In this document: positions 35,746 through 44,384 of the stretch, one piece after another | Layout of the letters: each line of letters opens with the position of its first letter | Numbering within the stretch: the stretch's first letter is position 1 | DNA from: a virus | DNA: 64,000 bases | UHGV virus genome: UHGV-0225074 | Reading direction: 5' to 3' (one strand) | Position numbers and translations under genes: made by a program | The notes under the pieces: generated by a model | What the model was told of the DNA's origin: nothing | Databases searched by the model: none | The model's input: the letters and a program-made list of their open reading frames with translations, nothing else

Positions 35746-36612
35746 ATGTCGGTATTACAAGAGTTTACACCTGAAGAAGTTGAAAAGTTGAGGAATCGTT
35801 TGAAGCATAAGAGGTTGAATGCTCGAAAACGGGGCCTTGACTGTGATTTAACAATGCAAGATATGCGTATGCTCGGATTCAAGCTTCTGGGTCACGGCTC
35901 TTGTGATTACACGGGGCTACCTTTCAGTACCAACATCGCGAATGATGGTGAGGAAGCTAACCCAAGGTATCCGTCTATAGAGAGAATCGATGACTCGAAA
36001 GGGTATGTCCGGGGAAACGTCTGTGTTGTTATGGCTCGTGCAAACCAGCTTAAGGACCGTCTGGTTGACAAAACAACTTCGATCCTGATCCAAGATTTGC
36101 TTGACAGGGAAATAGTAAAGGCCATGATGTTGAACATGTCCAAAGACCACCTTGAAAAACTGAAAACCAAATATATCCCACAACAGGAGAACGAAATGAA
36201 TACTGAAGAGACAATGCAGGACGCTATGGATAATGCTGAAGAACATGTTCACAACCAAAAACCTGCGGCGGAAGAGACAAGTGCTCCGAAAGAGGCCCAG
36301 AAGTTGCCTGAGGACGTCTCTGTTGCATTGGCGTATGCCCGTTACTGCAACACCTTCCACGAGGCTGGAATGTCTGTATCGGTCACCTATTCGCAATTTA
36401 AGGCACGATACATTCGCAACACCTGTGCATTATCTAGTGAAAAATTAACTGAAGAACCGAAATCTATTCTGATTCTGGATCTGAACATTGGCTTTGCCAA
36501 AGATAATTTCATCATTGTCTCCAAGAAAATGGAAACTGCTATGACCCAACTGATGATCCAGACGGGCCTGAGCCTGCCAAAAGTTGCAGCAATGCTGAAC
36601 AAGGTGGTGTAA
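35746..36612 (+). CDS. hypothetical protein with degenerate HNH-like segment and acidic C-terminal half
   Basis: SD AAGGAG; segment RYPSIERIDDSKGYVRGNVCVVMARANQLK resembles an HNH core with the His replaced. Confidence 0.45.
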   Translation: MSVLQEFTPEEVEKLRNRLKHKRLNARKRGLDCDLTMQDMRMLGFKLLGHGSCDYTGLPFSTNIANDGEEANPRYPSIERIDDSKGYVRGNVCVVMARANQLKDRLVDKTTSILIQDLLDREIVKAMMLNMSKDHLEKLKTKYIPQQENEMNTEETMQDAMDNAEEHVHNQKPAAEETSAPKEAQKLPEDVSVALAYARYCNTFHEAGMSVSVTYSQFKARYIRNTCALSSEKLTEEPKSILILDLNIGFAKDNFIIVSKKMETAMTQLMIQTGLSLPKVAAMLNKVV

Positions 36613-36872
36613 TGTACGAGGATATCTTGGGCAGGCCTGCATCCGCACCAGAGCAAAAAATGCTGAATGCTGGCTTCAGGCCGGGTCTTAGTTTCGGGGA
36701 TCTGGTAGAGACTTTCACAGAGAACGCGATTCGCGGGGCTATCGATGGGATCGTCTTGTTTGCTGTTCCTCACCTTCCTGGAGCGCCGGGTCCGCAATTG
36801 GCCTGGGGTTTCAGGATTGAAGGGATAGATGAATTTTTACCCCAAATTGCATTGCAAAGGGTGATGAATTAA
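36612..36872 (+). CDS. hypothetical protein
   Basis: SD AAGGTGG; ATG overlaps upstream stop. Confidence 0.45.
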   Translation: MYEDILGRPASAPEQKMLNAGFRPGLSFGDLVETFTENAIRGAIDGIVLFAVPHLPGAPGPQLAWGFRIEGIDEFLPQIALQRVMN

Positions 36873-36882
36873 CCTATAATAA

Positions 36883-36909
36883 GGCCATCGTAACTGATGG
36901 CCTTTTTTC
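36883..36909 (+). terminator. rho-independent terminator
   Basis: GGCCATC-GTAACT-GATGGCC then TTTTTT. Confidence 0.55.
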
Positions 36910-36921
36910 TTGGAGATAAGA

Positions 36922-38349
36922 ATGTATACAGATGAAAAAGAAAGCATTATGGAACTGGCTGATGAAGCACTGAAGAAAGTTCAGTCTGCCCGCATCGCTT
37001 TACTTACTAATCGACCATTCTACGGGACGCTCTTAAGCGGTATGCCGCTGATAGTTGACTGTGCATGGCTTCCAACCGCAGCGACTGATCATCGCAACCT
37101 ATACTTTAACCCAGAGTTCATTATGGGTATGCCTGTTGATCGCAAGAAAAAAGTCTTTGCTCGTATTGACAAGCATCCGATGATGACACAACAGCAAAAA
37201 GATGAATATAAAGAATATGTTGATGTCTTCTATCGTCAAAAAACCATGAAGGAAATTGTATTTATTCTAATGCATGAGGTCCGCCATGTCACCAACGACC
37301 ACATGTCTCGTGGGAAAACATTTGACCGTAGACGTTTCAATATCGCAGCCGATCACTATATCAACACCGACCTGGTCAAGGAGTTGGGCCAGAAAGCCGA
37401 GAGTTTGAAATGGTTCACTCATCGGCAAGTCTTTGATAAGACAAAAGAATTTGGATTCCTTGCTTACTGCTATTGTGACTATCAGTACGAGGGAAAAACG
37501 GCTGAAGAGATTTATGCTCTGTTGCCGGATGAAGCTGGTGATGGTAAAGGTAAGCCGCTGGGGGCGCACATCGGGGATTATGATAAAGACCTAGATATTC
37601 TGGGGTATACAGACCCACACCCACAGAAGTCTCCTGATCAGGAAGATGAGGATATGTCTTGGTCTGAGGACATGATTGACGCCGCTATGAAAGCCGCTGG
37701 CGGTGAAGGACCGAAAGAAGCCAGAGAATTAATCGCACAAAAAGGTAAACCGAAGATTAATTACCTGCAAATAATTAAGCAACGAATGATTTCTCGTGTT
37801 AAATCTGATCGTACTTATCGGGTTTTAGGTCGTCGGTCCGGCGGGATGACAAAAGTTCTTCGTGATCACGGTGCTTTAACTAAGAAACAGTTCATGGTTA
37901 TGCCTGGCAGAAAAAGAACAGAGACTGTTGATATTGTAATCGGTTTTGACGTTTCAGGCTCTATCTCTCGTCAAACAATGACGCGTATCTTCAATGAGAT
38001 AATCGCTTTGAGCACCCTGTACCAATGTTTCCGTATTACATTGTTCTGTTGGTCAACCCAAGTTGGCAACGTCAACGTGTATACACAGGACAACATAAAG
38101 GAAATTCTGGATTATAGAGTTACATCGACTGGTGGAACGACTGCGGCATGTGCTTTTGAGTACATCGATGAGTTTATTCCTAAGGCAAAAGAGGTTATAA
38201 TCTTCACAGATGGTTACATAGAGGACCTGAGGCATCGTGGCTCAAGCTGGGGGCGTAAGTACAACACTCTCTGGGTTATCTGCGGTGGTCGTAAGGGTTG
38301 GTTAGCTCCATTCGGGAAGGCGGTAGATTTGGATGAGCACTTTAAATAA
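36922..38349 (+). CDS. CobT-like protein: N-terminal metallopeptidase-like domain (HExxH) + C-terminal VWA domain
   Basis: Start at ATG 36922 (SD GGAGA); ILMHEVRHV (HExxH); MIDAS-like DIVIGFDVSGSIS. Confidence 0.65.
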   Translation: MYTDEKESIMELADEALKKVQSARIALLTNRPFYGTLLSGMPLIVDCAWLPTAATDHRNLYFNPEFIMGMPVDRKKKVFARIDKHPMMTQQQKDEYKEYVDVFYRQKTMKEIVFILMHEVRHVTNDHMSRGKTFDRRRFNIAADHYINTDLVKELGQKAESLKWFTHRQVFDKTKEFGFLAYCYCDYQYEGKTAEEIYALLPDEAGDGKGKPLGAHIGDYDKDLDILGYTDPHPQKSPDQEDEDMSWSEDMIDAAMKAAGGEGPKEARELIAQKGKPKINYLQIIKQRMISRVKSDRTYRVLGRRSGGMTKVLRDHGALTKKQFMVMPGRKRTETVDIVIGFDVSGSISRQTMTRIFNEIIALSTLYQCFRITLFCWSTQVGNVNVYTQDNIKEILDYRVTSTGGTTAACAFEYIDEFIPKAKEVIIFTDGYIEDLRHRGSSWGRKYNTLWVICGGRKGWLAPFGKAVDLDEHFK

Positions 38350-38740
38350 GAAAGTTGTCCACAATTTAGATTTTGAGGTTTACTTGATGGGGCTTGGTTG
38401 TTGTCTCATTGTGAACTTTGAAGTACAAAATGGTCATGATCTGACTGGCTATAGGTATGACATTTTCTGTAACAGGAAGATTGTCGAGGTATATGGTGCC
38501 GGAGAAGGTGGTGAGAGGGAGATTCTCATCTCCAGGGATTTCACGGATGATCCCCTCCACATCACAGAAGAAGAGCTTAGTCTGGTCGAAGTTATGATGA
38601 CACACTTGTCTCCATTCGAGAGAAGTTTGCACAAACTTGGATGTGATCTGGCTGTTCTTCACCACAATGATGCATCTCAAGAATATGCCCAAGAGGTTGT
38701 TAAAAATCACTTGAATAATTATCTGGAGGTAGAAACATGA
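38333..38740 (+). CDS. hypothetical protein
   Basis: 135-aa ORF overlapping neighbour ends by a few nt. Confidence 0.45.
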   Translation: MSTLNKKVVHNLDFEVYLMGLGCCLIVNFEVQNGHDLTGYRYDIFCNRKIVEVYGAGEGGEREILISRDFTDDPLHITEEELSLVEVMMTHLSPFERSLHKLGCDLAVLHHNDASQEYAQEVVKNHLNNYLEVET

Positions 38741-39033
38741 GAATCTCTAAGAGTTTCAGTGTTTTATGCTCTTATGGGATGATATCCAATCTGAAGTTAT
38801 CTTCAACGGATATCCGCATTTACCTGTACTTGAAATTCAGGTGGCAGTTCTTTCACAGCAAAGGCTCAGAGTTTTGTGAATCAACCACCACTATCTCTGA
38901 AGAGGTTGGTGTTTCTGAAAGGACTGTTCGTCGGTCTATGGAGAAATTAGAAGAGTTGGGATACCTAGAGGTAGTCAACCGACCAGGAAAAACCAGCCTG
39001 TATATCACCAAAGATGAGGTGGCTATTAAGTAA
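38737..39033 (+). CDS. winged-helix/HTH DNA-binding protein
   Basis: SD GGAGG; C-terminal ISEEVGVSERTVRRSMEKLEELGYLEV is a typical HTH recognition segment. Confidence 0.5.
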   Translation: MRISKSFSVLCSYGMISNLKLSSTDIRIYLYLKFRWQFFHSKGSEFCESTTTISEEVGVSERTVRRSMEKLEELGYLEVVNRPGKTSLYITKDEVAIK

Positions 39034-39256
39034 CCAACCCCGGACACTGGTGACCGGACACCCCGGACATGGATGACCTACGACATAATAAAGAATAAAA
39101 CAATAAAGATAATAAAACCTAAAACATAGATCTTTATAAAAAGATCTTGATCTATGGTTTAGTTAGTGTATAGTTAGTTTCAAGAGGAAGTGATGAATCA
39201 CTTCAGATGTGTGGAAGTGCAATGTGTTCGGAGCCACGGGCGACAGGAGCTTCTAA

Positions 39257-39508
39257 ATGCGACGATTAACTGGGGGCGGCGCGAGCCGTACTGAGATGGA
39301 AGTTATAAAACTACGAAAAACGTGGAATAACCTTGTTGGTGGAAGACGAGGTACGGTAAAAATGCATTTGGTGGCCAGCTTTATTGACCAAGGTCAACAC
39401 GTTGCAACATATCGTTGGTGGTCAAGAAAATATGGCTGGCAATATGAGACCAAACCTGCATACCTTTATGCACAGACATGGCGGCTAATGGAAAAATGGA
39501 ATGACTAA
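39257..39508 (+). CDS. hypothetical protein
   Basis: SD AGGAG; 83 aa. Confidence 0.45.
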   Translation: MRRLTGGGASRTEMEVIKLRKTWNNLVGGRRGTVKMHLVASFIDQGQHVATYRWWSRKYGWQYETKPAYLYAQTWRLMEKWND

Positions 39509-39574
39509 ACAACAAGCTTGGACACTTGACAAGGGCATAGAAGCACTAGATTCAACCCTAAACAAGGATAAAAA

Positions 39575-39835
39575 ATGAAAACGATCCGTATCCGTCAACA
39601 CCGTGGTGGCCTGTTGGAAAGCAAACAAACAGAGAAAGAAATTCCTGCCACCAAAGAAGCTGTGCTTGAATACGTTGTAGATTCTGGTATGATTATGACT
39701 ATGCTTCCTCTGGGAGCTGATGATGTTGTGGTTGTACCTTACTATGAAGATGGTAAGGACAAGATTTATATGGTGAAGGTATTCTCTATGCCCTTCGGCT
39801 TCATTGAAACTGTTGGAAATTTAACACTTAATTAA
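39575..39835 (+). CDS. hypothetical protein
   Basis: SD AAGGA; 86 aa. Confidence 0.45.
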   Translation: MKTIRIRQHRGGLLESKQTEKEIPATKEAVLEYVVDSGMIMTMLPLGADDVVVVPYYEDGKDKIYMVKVFSMPFGFIETVGNLTLN

Positions 39836-39860
39836 AGTTATCCTAAGAGGAGATTACAAA

Positions 39861-40517
39861 ATGGGTTCATGGCCTTTTCTGATTTATGTAATTGATGTTC
39901 TGACTACAGACGGTAATTATGGTGGTTGGGTTGCTCTGATGCTTATCTCTGCTCTCGCATACGCCGCCTGCTATTTCGGTCAGAAGATTTATGAAGATCT
40001 TGAGAAGAATGGTACAGCCTTAGGGTATCAGTTCTTCGAAGGTGAAAACCTGATTCTTAACCAAGACTGGAATGGATGTAAGGCCGGGGATACGATTGAA
40101 ATCGTTACGGTATGGAACAGTGATAATACGCTTCGAGTTCGCTTGCCGAATGGAAGGGTCTCCAGCAACGATATTAAGCAGTCCACAATCTACAAAGTAA
40201 CCCGGAAGGAAGGCCAATCAACAACACCTGTTGTGGTAAAGGATGTTACCAAAGGCCCACGTAAGATCGCAGTCTTTGGCATGGTGATCTGCTTCATTGG
40301 TATCCTGTATGCTAACTTTATGCCTCAGAAAGAAACTGCGTATAAAATGCTGGCAGCGTATGTAGGTCAGAATGTGGTTGAGTCACCACGTACACAACAA
40401 CTGGCTGATAGCACCATTAAGTATCTTGATGCTCAAATCAAGAAATATACTGATGAGCTTGATGCCACTACGAAAAAAGAAAAGGCAGAGAAATCTAAGG
40501 CGGAGGATAAGCAATAA
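39861..40517 (+). CDS. membrane-anchored protein
   Basis: SD GAGGAG; N-terminal TM (WVALMLISALAYAACYF), second TM mid-protein, Lys/Glu-rich tail. Confidence 0.5.
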   Translation: MGSWPFLIYVIDVLTTDGNYGGWVALMLISALAYAACYFGQKIYEDLEKNGTALGYQFFEGENLILNQDWNGCKAGDTIEIVTVWNSDNTLRVRLPNGRVSSNDIKQSTIYKVTRKEGQSTTPVVVKDVTKGPRKIAVFGMVICFIGILYANFMPQKETAYKMLAAYVGQNVVESPRTQQLADSTIKYLDAQIKKYTDELDATTKKEKAEKSKAEDKQ

Positions 40518-40774
40518 TGGAAAAATACTTAGAGGTTGAAGAGGATACTGAATTTTACCGTGGTCGAGCAGAAGTTATGGAATCTTGCTGTAATCCAGGA
40601 ATGGTTCTGATCCAACTCTGGATGACGGATAAGACCAACGATGATCGTGACAGTGCAGGCATCCGTCTCACTCGTACTCAGGCCCGTCAGGTGGCAAACC
40701 ACCTGAATAATCTGGCAGATCAACTCTTCTTTGAAGAACAAGAGAGTAAAAAAGGTGCAAATGAAACTATTTGA
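40517..40774 (+). CDS. hypothetical protein
   Basis: SD GGAGGA; 85 aa. Confidence 0.45.
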   Translation: MEKYLEVEEDTEFYRGRAEVMESCCNPGMVLIQLWMTDKTNDDRDSAGIRLTRTQARQVANHLNNLADQLFFEEQESKKGANETI

Positions 40775-41108
40775 TCGTAGGCGGATAGCACTTGACTTTG
40801 ATGATACTTTCACGTTAAATCCAACCATGTGGCAACACATTGTTGACCTGATGATCATCGAAGGTGATTTTGATGTTCGTTTCGTTACCTTTCGATATCC
40901 AACTGATGATAATGCGGATATTGAATTCTGGGCTAAAGAGATGGATATCAAGGTAATTTACTGTAGTGGTGTACAAAAGGCCCAAGTGTGTGCAGAAAAC
41001 GGCTGGACACCAGATGTCTGGATTGATGATATGCCAATCCTGATTCCAATGAAACAGCAACTCCAGGGCATGATCCTTGGTATTGAAAAGAACGAGGGTA
41101 AGCCATGA
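40761..41108 (+). CDS. HAD-like phosphatase/5'-nucleotidase candidate (short)
   Basis: Start at ATG 40761 (SD AAAAGGTG); N-terminal IALDFDDTFT resembles HAD motif I (DxDxT). Confidence 0.4.
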   Translation: MKLFDRRRIALDFDDTFTLNPTMWQHIVDLMIIEGDFDVRFVTFRYPTDDNADIEFWAKEMDIKVIYCSGVQKAQVCAENGWTPDVWIDDMPILIPMKQQLQGMILGIEKNEGKP

Positions 41109-41395
41109 AATTCGAAGAATGGTTATCGCAACAAGATGGGGTTATTGAAGTAGATTGCGGCTGTGTTACCGCAGAAGCTTTTTATCACTGGATGCGCGTA
41201 GCTTATGAGGCTGGCAACTCTCCGGTAGTGCCGGATGATGTGTCGATATTCGAAGCGGCAATTGAAGAATGTAAAACGTGCGACTCAATTGATGAGCATG
41301 CATGGAATCATGGCGTTTTGGTCGTGATGGCGAAGTATGAATCCTGCCGCGCCGCCATGCTCGCAGCCGCCCCGCAGGAGGTGAGATATGGCTAA
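41105..41395 (+). CDS. hypothetical protein
   Basis: SD GAGGGTAA; 96 aa. Confidence 0.45.
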   Translation: MKFEEWLSQQDGVIEVDCGCVTAEAFYHWMRVAYEAGNSPVVPDDVSIFEAAIEECKTCDSIDEHAWNHGVLVVMAKYESCRAAMLAAAPQEVRYG

Positions 41396-41798
41396 GTTAG
41401 GAAAGCGTGGATATCCCGCACTATACCTCAAAGGCAGTAATGCTTGGTATACCGGGTATGCCCATGACTGGAAGATGGAAGATAAGGTGGATGTTTCCGA
41501 TCGTCATGAAATTCGCGAGCTGAAACTCCAGTACACTGGATTCAGTCGTGGTCGTTCTGCTGCGAATATTGAAATGGTCGATCAAGACGGGAACAAGTTC
41601 CTGATGTCAATGTCGGGGTTTGATTTGCTGATGAAGATAGTCGATGCACCAGAAAATGTCCAAAAAGCGGAAAAGCTTCGCGGATATGATATCCTCCGTA
41701 ACACCCATCATGGTGGTTCCGGTGTCTGGTACGTTGGTTCATTTTGTCAAACAAAACAAGGTCAGAACTATTTTATTGAACCTGTGGAGGTGAGATGA
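41388..41798 (+). CDS. hypothetical protein
   Basis: SD AGGAGG; 136 aa. Confidence 0.5.
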   Translation: MAKLGKRGYPALYLKGSNAWYTGYAHDWKMEDKVDVSDRHEIRELKLQYTGFSRGRSAANIEMVDQDGNKFLMSMSGFDLLMKIVDAPENVQKAEKLRGYDILRNTHHGGSGVWYVGSFCQTKQGQNYFIEPVEVR

Positions 41799-41953
41799 TG
41801 AGCTTAGAAAAACGGTCTAAATATTTGGTTTTTAAGTTCTGGGAGATCATGTATGATGTCTGCTACTTTGTATTTGGAAACCTCCCGGTAACTTACGATG
41901 TCAAACATAAGATGAATATGGCGTATATGCGCTACCAAATGAAACGTGACTGA
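41798..41953 (+). CDS. hypothetical small protein (51 aa, not in ORF track)
   Basis: SD GGAGGTG; overlaps upstream stop. Confidence 0.35.
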   Translation: MSLEKRSKYLVFKFWEIMYDVCYFVFGNLPVTYDVKHKMNMAYMRYQMKRD

Positions 41954-42079
41954 AAAACAGATGCTATGATACCCCGTATGATGCGTAGAAACGCCGTGGC
42001 GGGGTTTTTAGCACATAAGGTAGGCAAACGTACTGCCTTTGCATAAAACGCCTCAGGATTGATTACAGGACGATATACA

Positions 42080-42895
42080 ATGACCACTATTTTAAACACT
42101 CTTGAACTTATCCCTCATAACAAGGTTGGTTATGCTTTCCCAGATATGCAGAATGACCTTAAAAGGCTTTACCTTGATGCAGTATATGCCCTTGATGGTG
42201 TGGAATTCTCTGCTGACGAGGCTGACGAAAGGAATTTCGACCAAGCCAAGGAAAGTGTGAAAAGCGTACTTGATGACCTTAGACAATACGCTACAGGTTC
42301 AGAGGTTGAAGGGCTTCTGGATTATGCCAAGGACACTGAACGTGCCTTTGTTGAAAGAGGTGAGTTTGTACTCAATGCCATGCGCCGCCTGAACAAGTTC
42401 AGCGAGGATATTTTAGATATCGACAACACCTGGAACAGAGAAGACATTGCAAATGGTGTTGCCTGGATCGCAGAGCAACTAGGAGAGATGTTTGATGGAG
42501 GCTCCCATATACGGTACATGATGCAGAATCGTGGATGGCGAGACCTGTATCTTGATTACCTCGTGAACCTTGTCGGTAACCCGGTAGTAGAGGTGCTTGC
42601 ACATTATTCTTCTGCTCATGATTTGGTGTATGGTGTCGATGGTCGTATCAAGATTGCTGATAATACCGTTACACTTATGAATGGCCCTACTTCCTTGGTC
42701 CTTTCTCCTATTCCCGGTGATATGCGTATTGTTTACACAGTCCCAGGAAAGACAGAACGGTTCCTGATTTCTGTATTGAGCACATTTTTCATTGACATTT
42801 GTAATCCGACTCCAGATGAGATTCAAATGTATGAAATTTCTACAGGCACAACCTATGATATTATTAAATGGAAGGGTATTTTCAATCCCAGATGA
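42080..42895 (+). CDS. hypothetical protein
   Basis: Start at ATG 42080 (the ORF track TTG at 42059); 271 aa; last gene before the tandem-repeat region. Confidence 0.5.
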   Translation: MTTILNTLELIPHNKVGYAFPDMQNDLKRLYLDAVYALDGVEFSADEADERNFDQAKESVKSVLDDLRQYATGSEVEGLLDYAKDTERAFVERGEFVLNAMRRLNKFSEDILDIDNTWNREDIANGVAWIAEQLGEMFDGGSHIRYMMQNRGWRDLYLDYLVNLVGNPVVEVLAHYSSAHDLVYGVDGRIKIADNTVTLMNGPTSLVLSPIPGDMRIVYTVPGKTERFLISVLSTFFIDICNPTPDEIQMYEISTGTTYDIIKWKGIFNPR

Positions 42896-43170
42896 GATTC
42901 AAAACTGTGTGATATTTGTATGATATTTAATATCCCAAAGATATTTTAAAATTCGAAATGGTTTTCAAAATCGTTTTTGAAACGGATTTCATCTTCCCTG
43001 CAAATTTTTAAATCAAGAGTTTTGGGAGTAGATTATCTCAAACCTTTGTGGGAGCTATGTCGAAAAATTATGCACAAGTGTATGATTGCTATAGGTATCT
43101 TGGCATCAAGATTGGACATTTATCTCAAATAGGTGAAAAAGATATCTCAAATTTTCAGGTAGAAAACTCT

Positions 43171-43376
43171 GGGTTCTCGATCGACTTTTCGTTTTCAAAA
43201 ACGTATTTGATCTCACTATCAAAAAATTTTTCTCGCTATCAACCGGGTTCTCGATCGGTTTTTCAAAATCGAGATCGTAATTGTTTTTTCTATAGAAAAA
43301 ATTTTTCGGCCCGGTTCTCGATCGAGATCTCAATTTCCAGATCGTATTTGTTTTCTTACGCGAAAAAATTTTTTAG
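43171..43376. repeat. three tandem ~67-74 bp repeats (GGTTCTCGATCG ... A6T5)
   Basis: Units begin at 43171, 43245 and 43312 with GGGTTCTCGATCG(A/G) and end with AAAAAATTTTT; flanked by ATCTCA motifs at 43122, 43143, 43391. Confidence 0.7.
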
Positions 43377-43752
43377 GGGTATCGTTCAGTATCTCACACG
43401 AAAAATCAGAAGTCAATATTTAAATTTTTTGTTGAATGAGAAGCATTCTTATTTAGTTATTTGAATGATAATTATTATCATTTGCTGAATGACAGGCACC
43501 CCCGGTGTTTTGTACTCCGGTTTCAATGTTCCCGCTATGTGTATAATATAGGATACACGACCCTAGGTTGCAAGCGTCTTTACAATTATTTACAAATATA
43601 CTTCAGGCGAGCTACCGGCGATCCACCTTCCAACCAGGTCGCCGCGCCTGGTATGTTAGCCCCGCCTTTTCGCCGTGGGGTGGCGTCTCTTATCCTGTCT
43701 GATAAATATAACCCAGGCCGGGGCCGTTTGCAAGCCCCGCGATAAAATATTT

Positions 43753-43938
43753 TTACTCCCAGGAGTCCGCGATCACTTCTCCATTTTCCGCAACAATTCT
43801 CCCCCTGGTAAATCCTGCATTATACATTTTCAACGCGAAGGGTAAAGGCACGATCCTAACCTGGGGCGCTGCGCTTTCCGTTTCCCAGGTGGAAAGGGTA
43901 ACCATTGTTTCACTCGTTATCACTTTTGCGTTTTCCAT
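43753..43938 (-). CDS. hypothetical small protein (only minus-strand gene in this block)
   Basis: Preceded on the minus strand by AAAGGTAAACGAA-ATG, the same RBS motif as the plus-strand module. Confidence 0.45.
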   Translation of the reverse strand: MENAKVITSETMVTLSTWETESAAPQVRIVPLPFALKMYNAGFTRGRIVAENGEVIADSWE

Positions 43939-44123
43939 TTCGTTTACCTTTATTTGTGGGCGTCCTTATATAGTACACTAACCAGGCCGGGGCGCAAGCC
44001 CACACGAACAAAAATATTTTTAATTTATTTTCATCCAGGGTATTGACGCGGGGATCACTATCCCTTAAAGTTTATCACGTCGGGGCAATTCTCCCCACAA
44101 TAACCAACAAAAGAGGCTACAAT

Positions 44124-44291
44124 ATGAAAAACATTTCTTTTACTACCCGTGACCAGGCCCGCGCTTTTGCCCGTAATGTTAACAGCAAAGTAACCACGGC
44201 GGCGCGTTTACGTCAACCTGTTAAGGATGACGCGGGGCAATGGGTTATCCCTGGAATTAACCACGGCAAAACCTTATCCCTAGCTAAATAA
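44124..44291 (+). CDS. hypothetical small protein
   Basis: Internal ATG at 44124 with SD AAGAGG (the ORF track starts at 44043). Confidence 0.35.
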   Translation: MKNISFTTRDQARAFARNVNSKVTTAARLRQPVKDDAGQWVIPGINHGKTLSLAK

Positions 44292-44384
44292 AATATTTTA
44301 CCCTGGGCGCTTGCTTTCAGTTAGCGCCTTTGCTAAAGTGTTTTCTCAGGCGGCAAGGGCCGCGCTAAATCGAGGTAAAAAGCA

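Noticed and set aside
43171-43376. Possible CRISPR array
   Set aside because: Only three units, the units are not separated by unique spacers, and no cas genes are nearby. It is a simple tandem repeat.
43048-43464. 138-aa plus-strand ORF
   Set aside because: It lies entirely across the three tandem repeats and A/T tracts and has no RBS. The repeat periodicity explains the open frame.
43461-43745. 94-aa plus-strand ORF (MNDNYYHLL...)
   Set aside because: No RBS; it sits in a GC-hairpin-rich intergenic stretch and is more likely promoter, terminator or structured RNA than coding.
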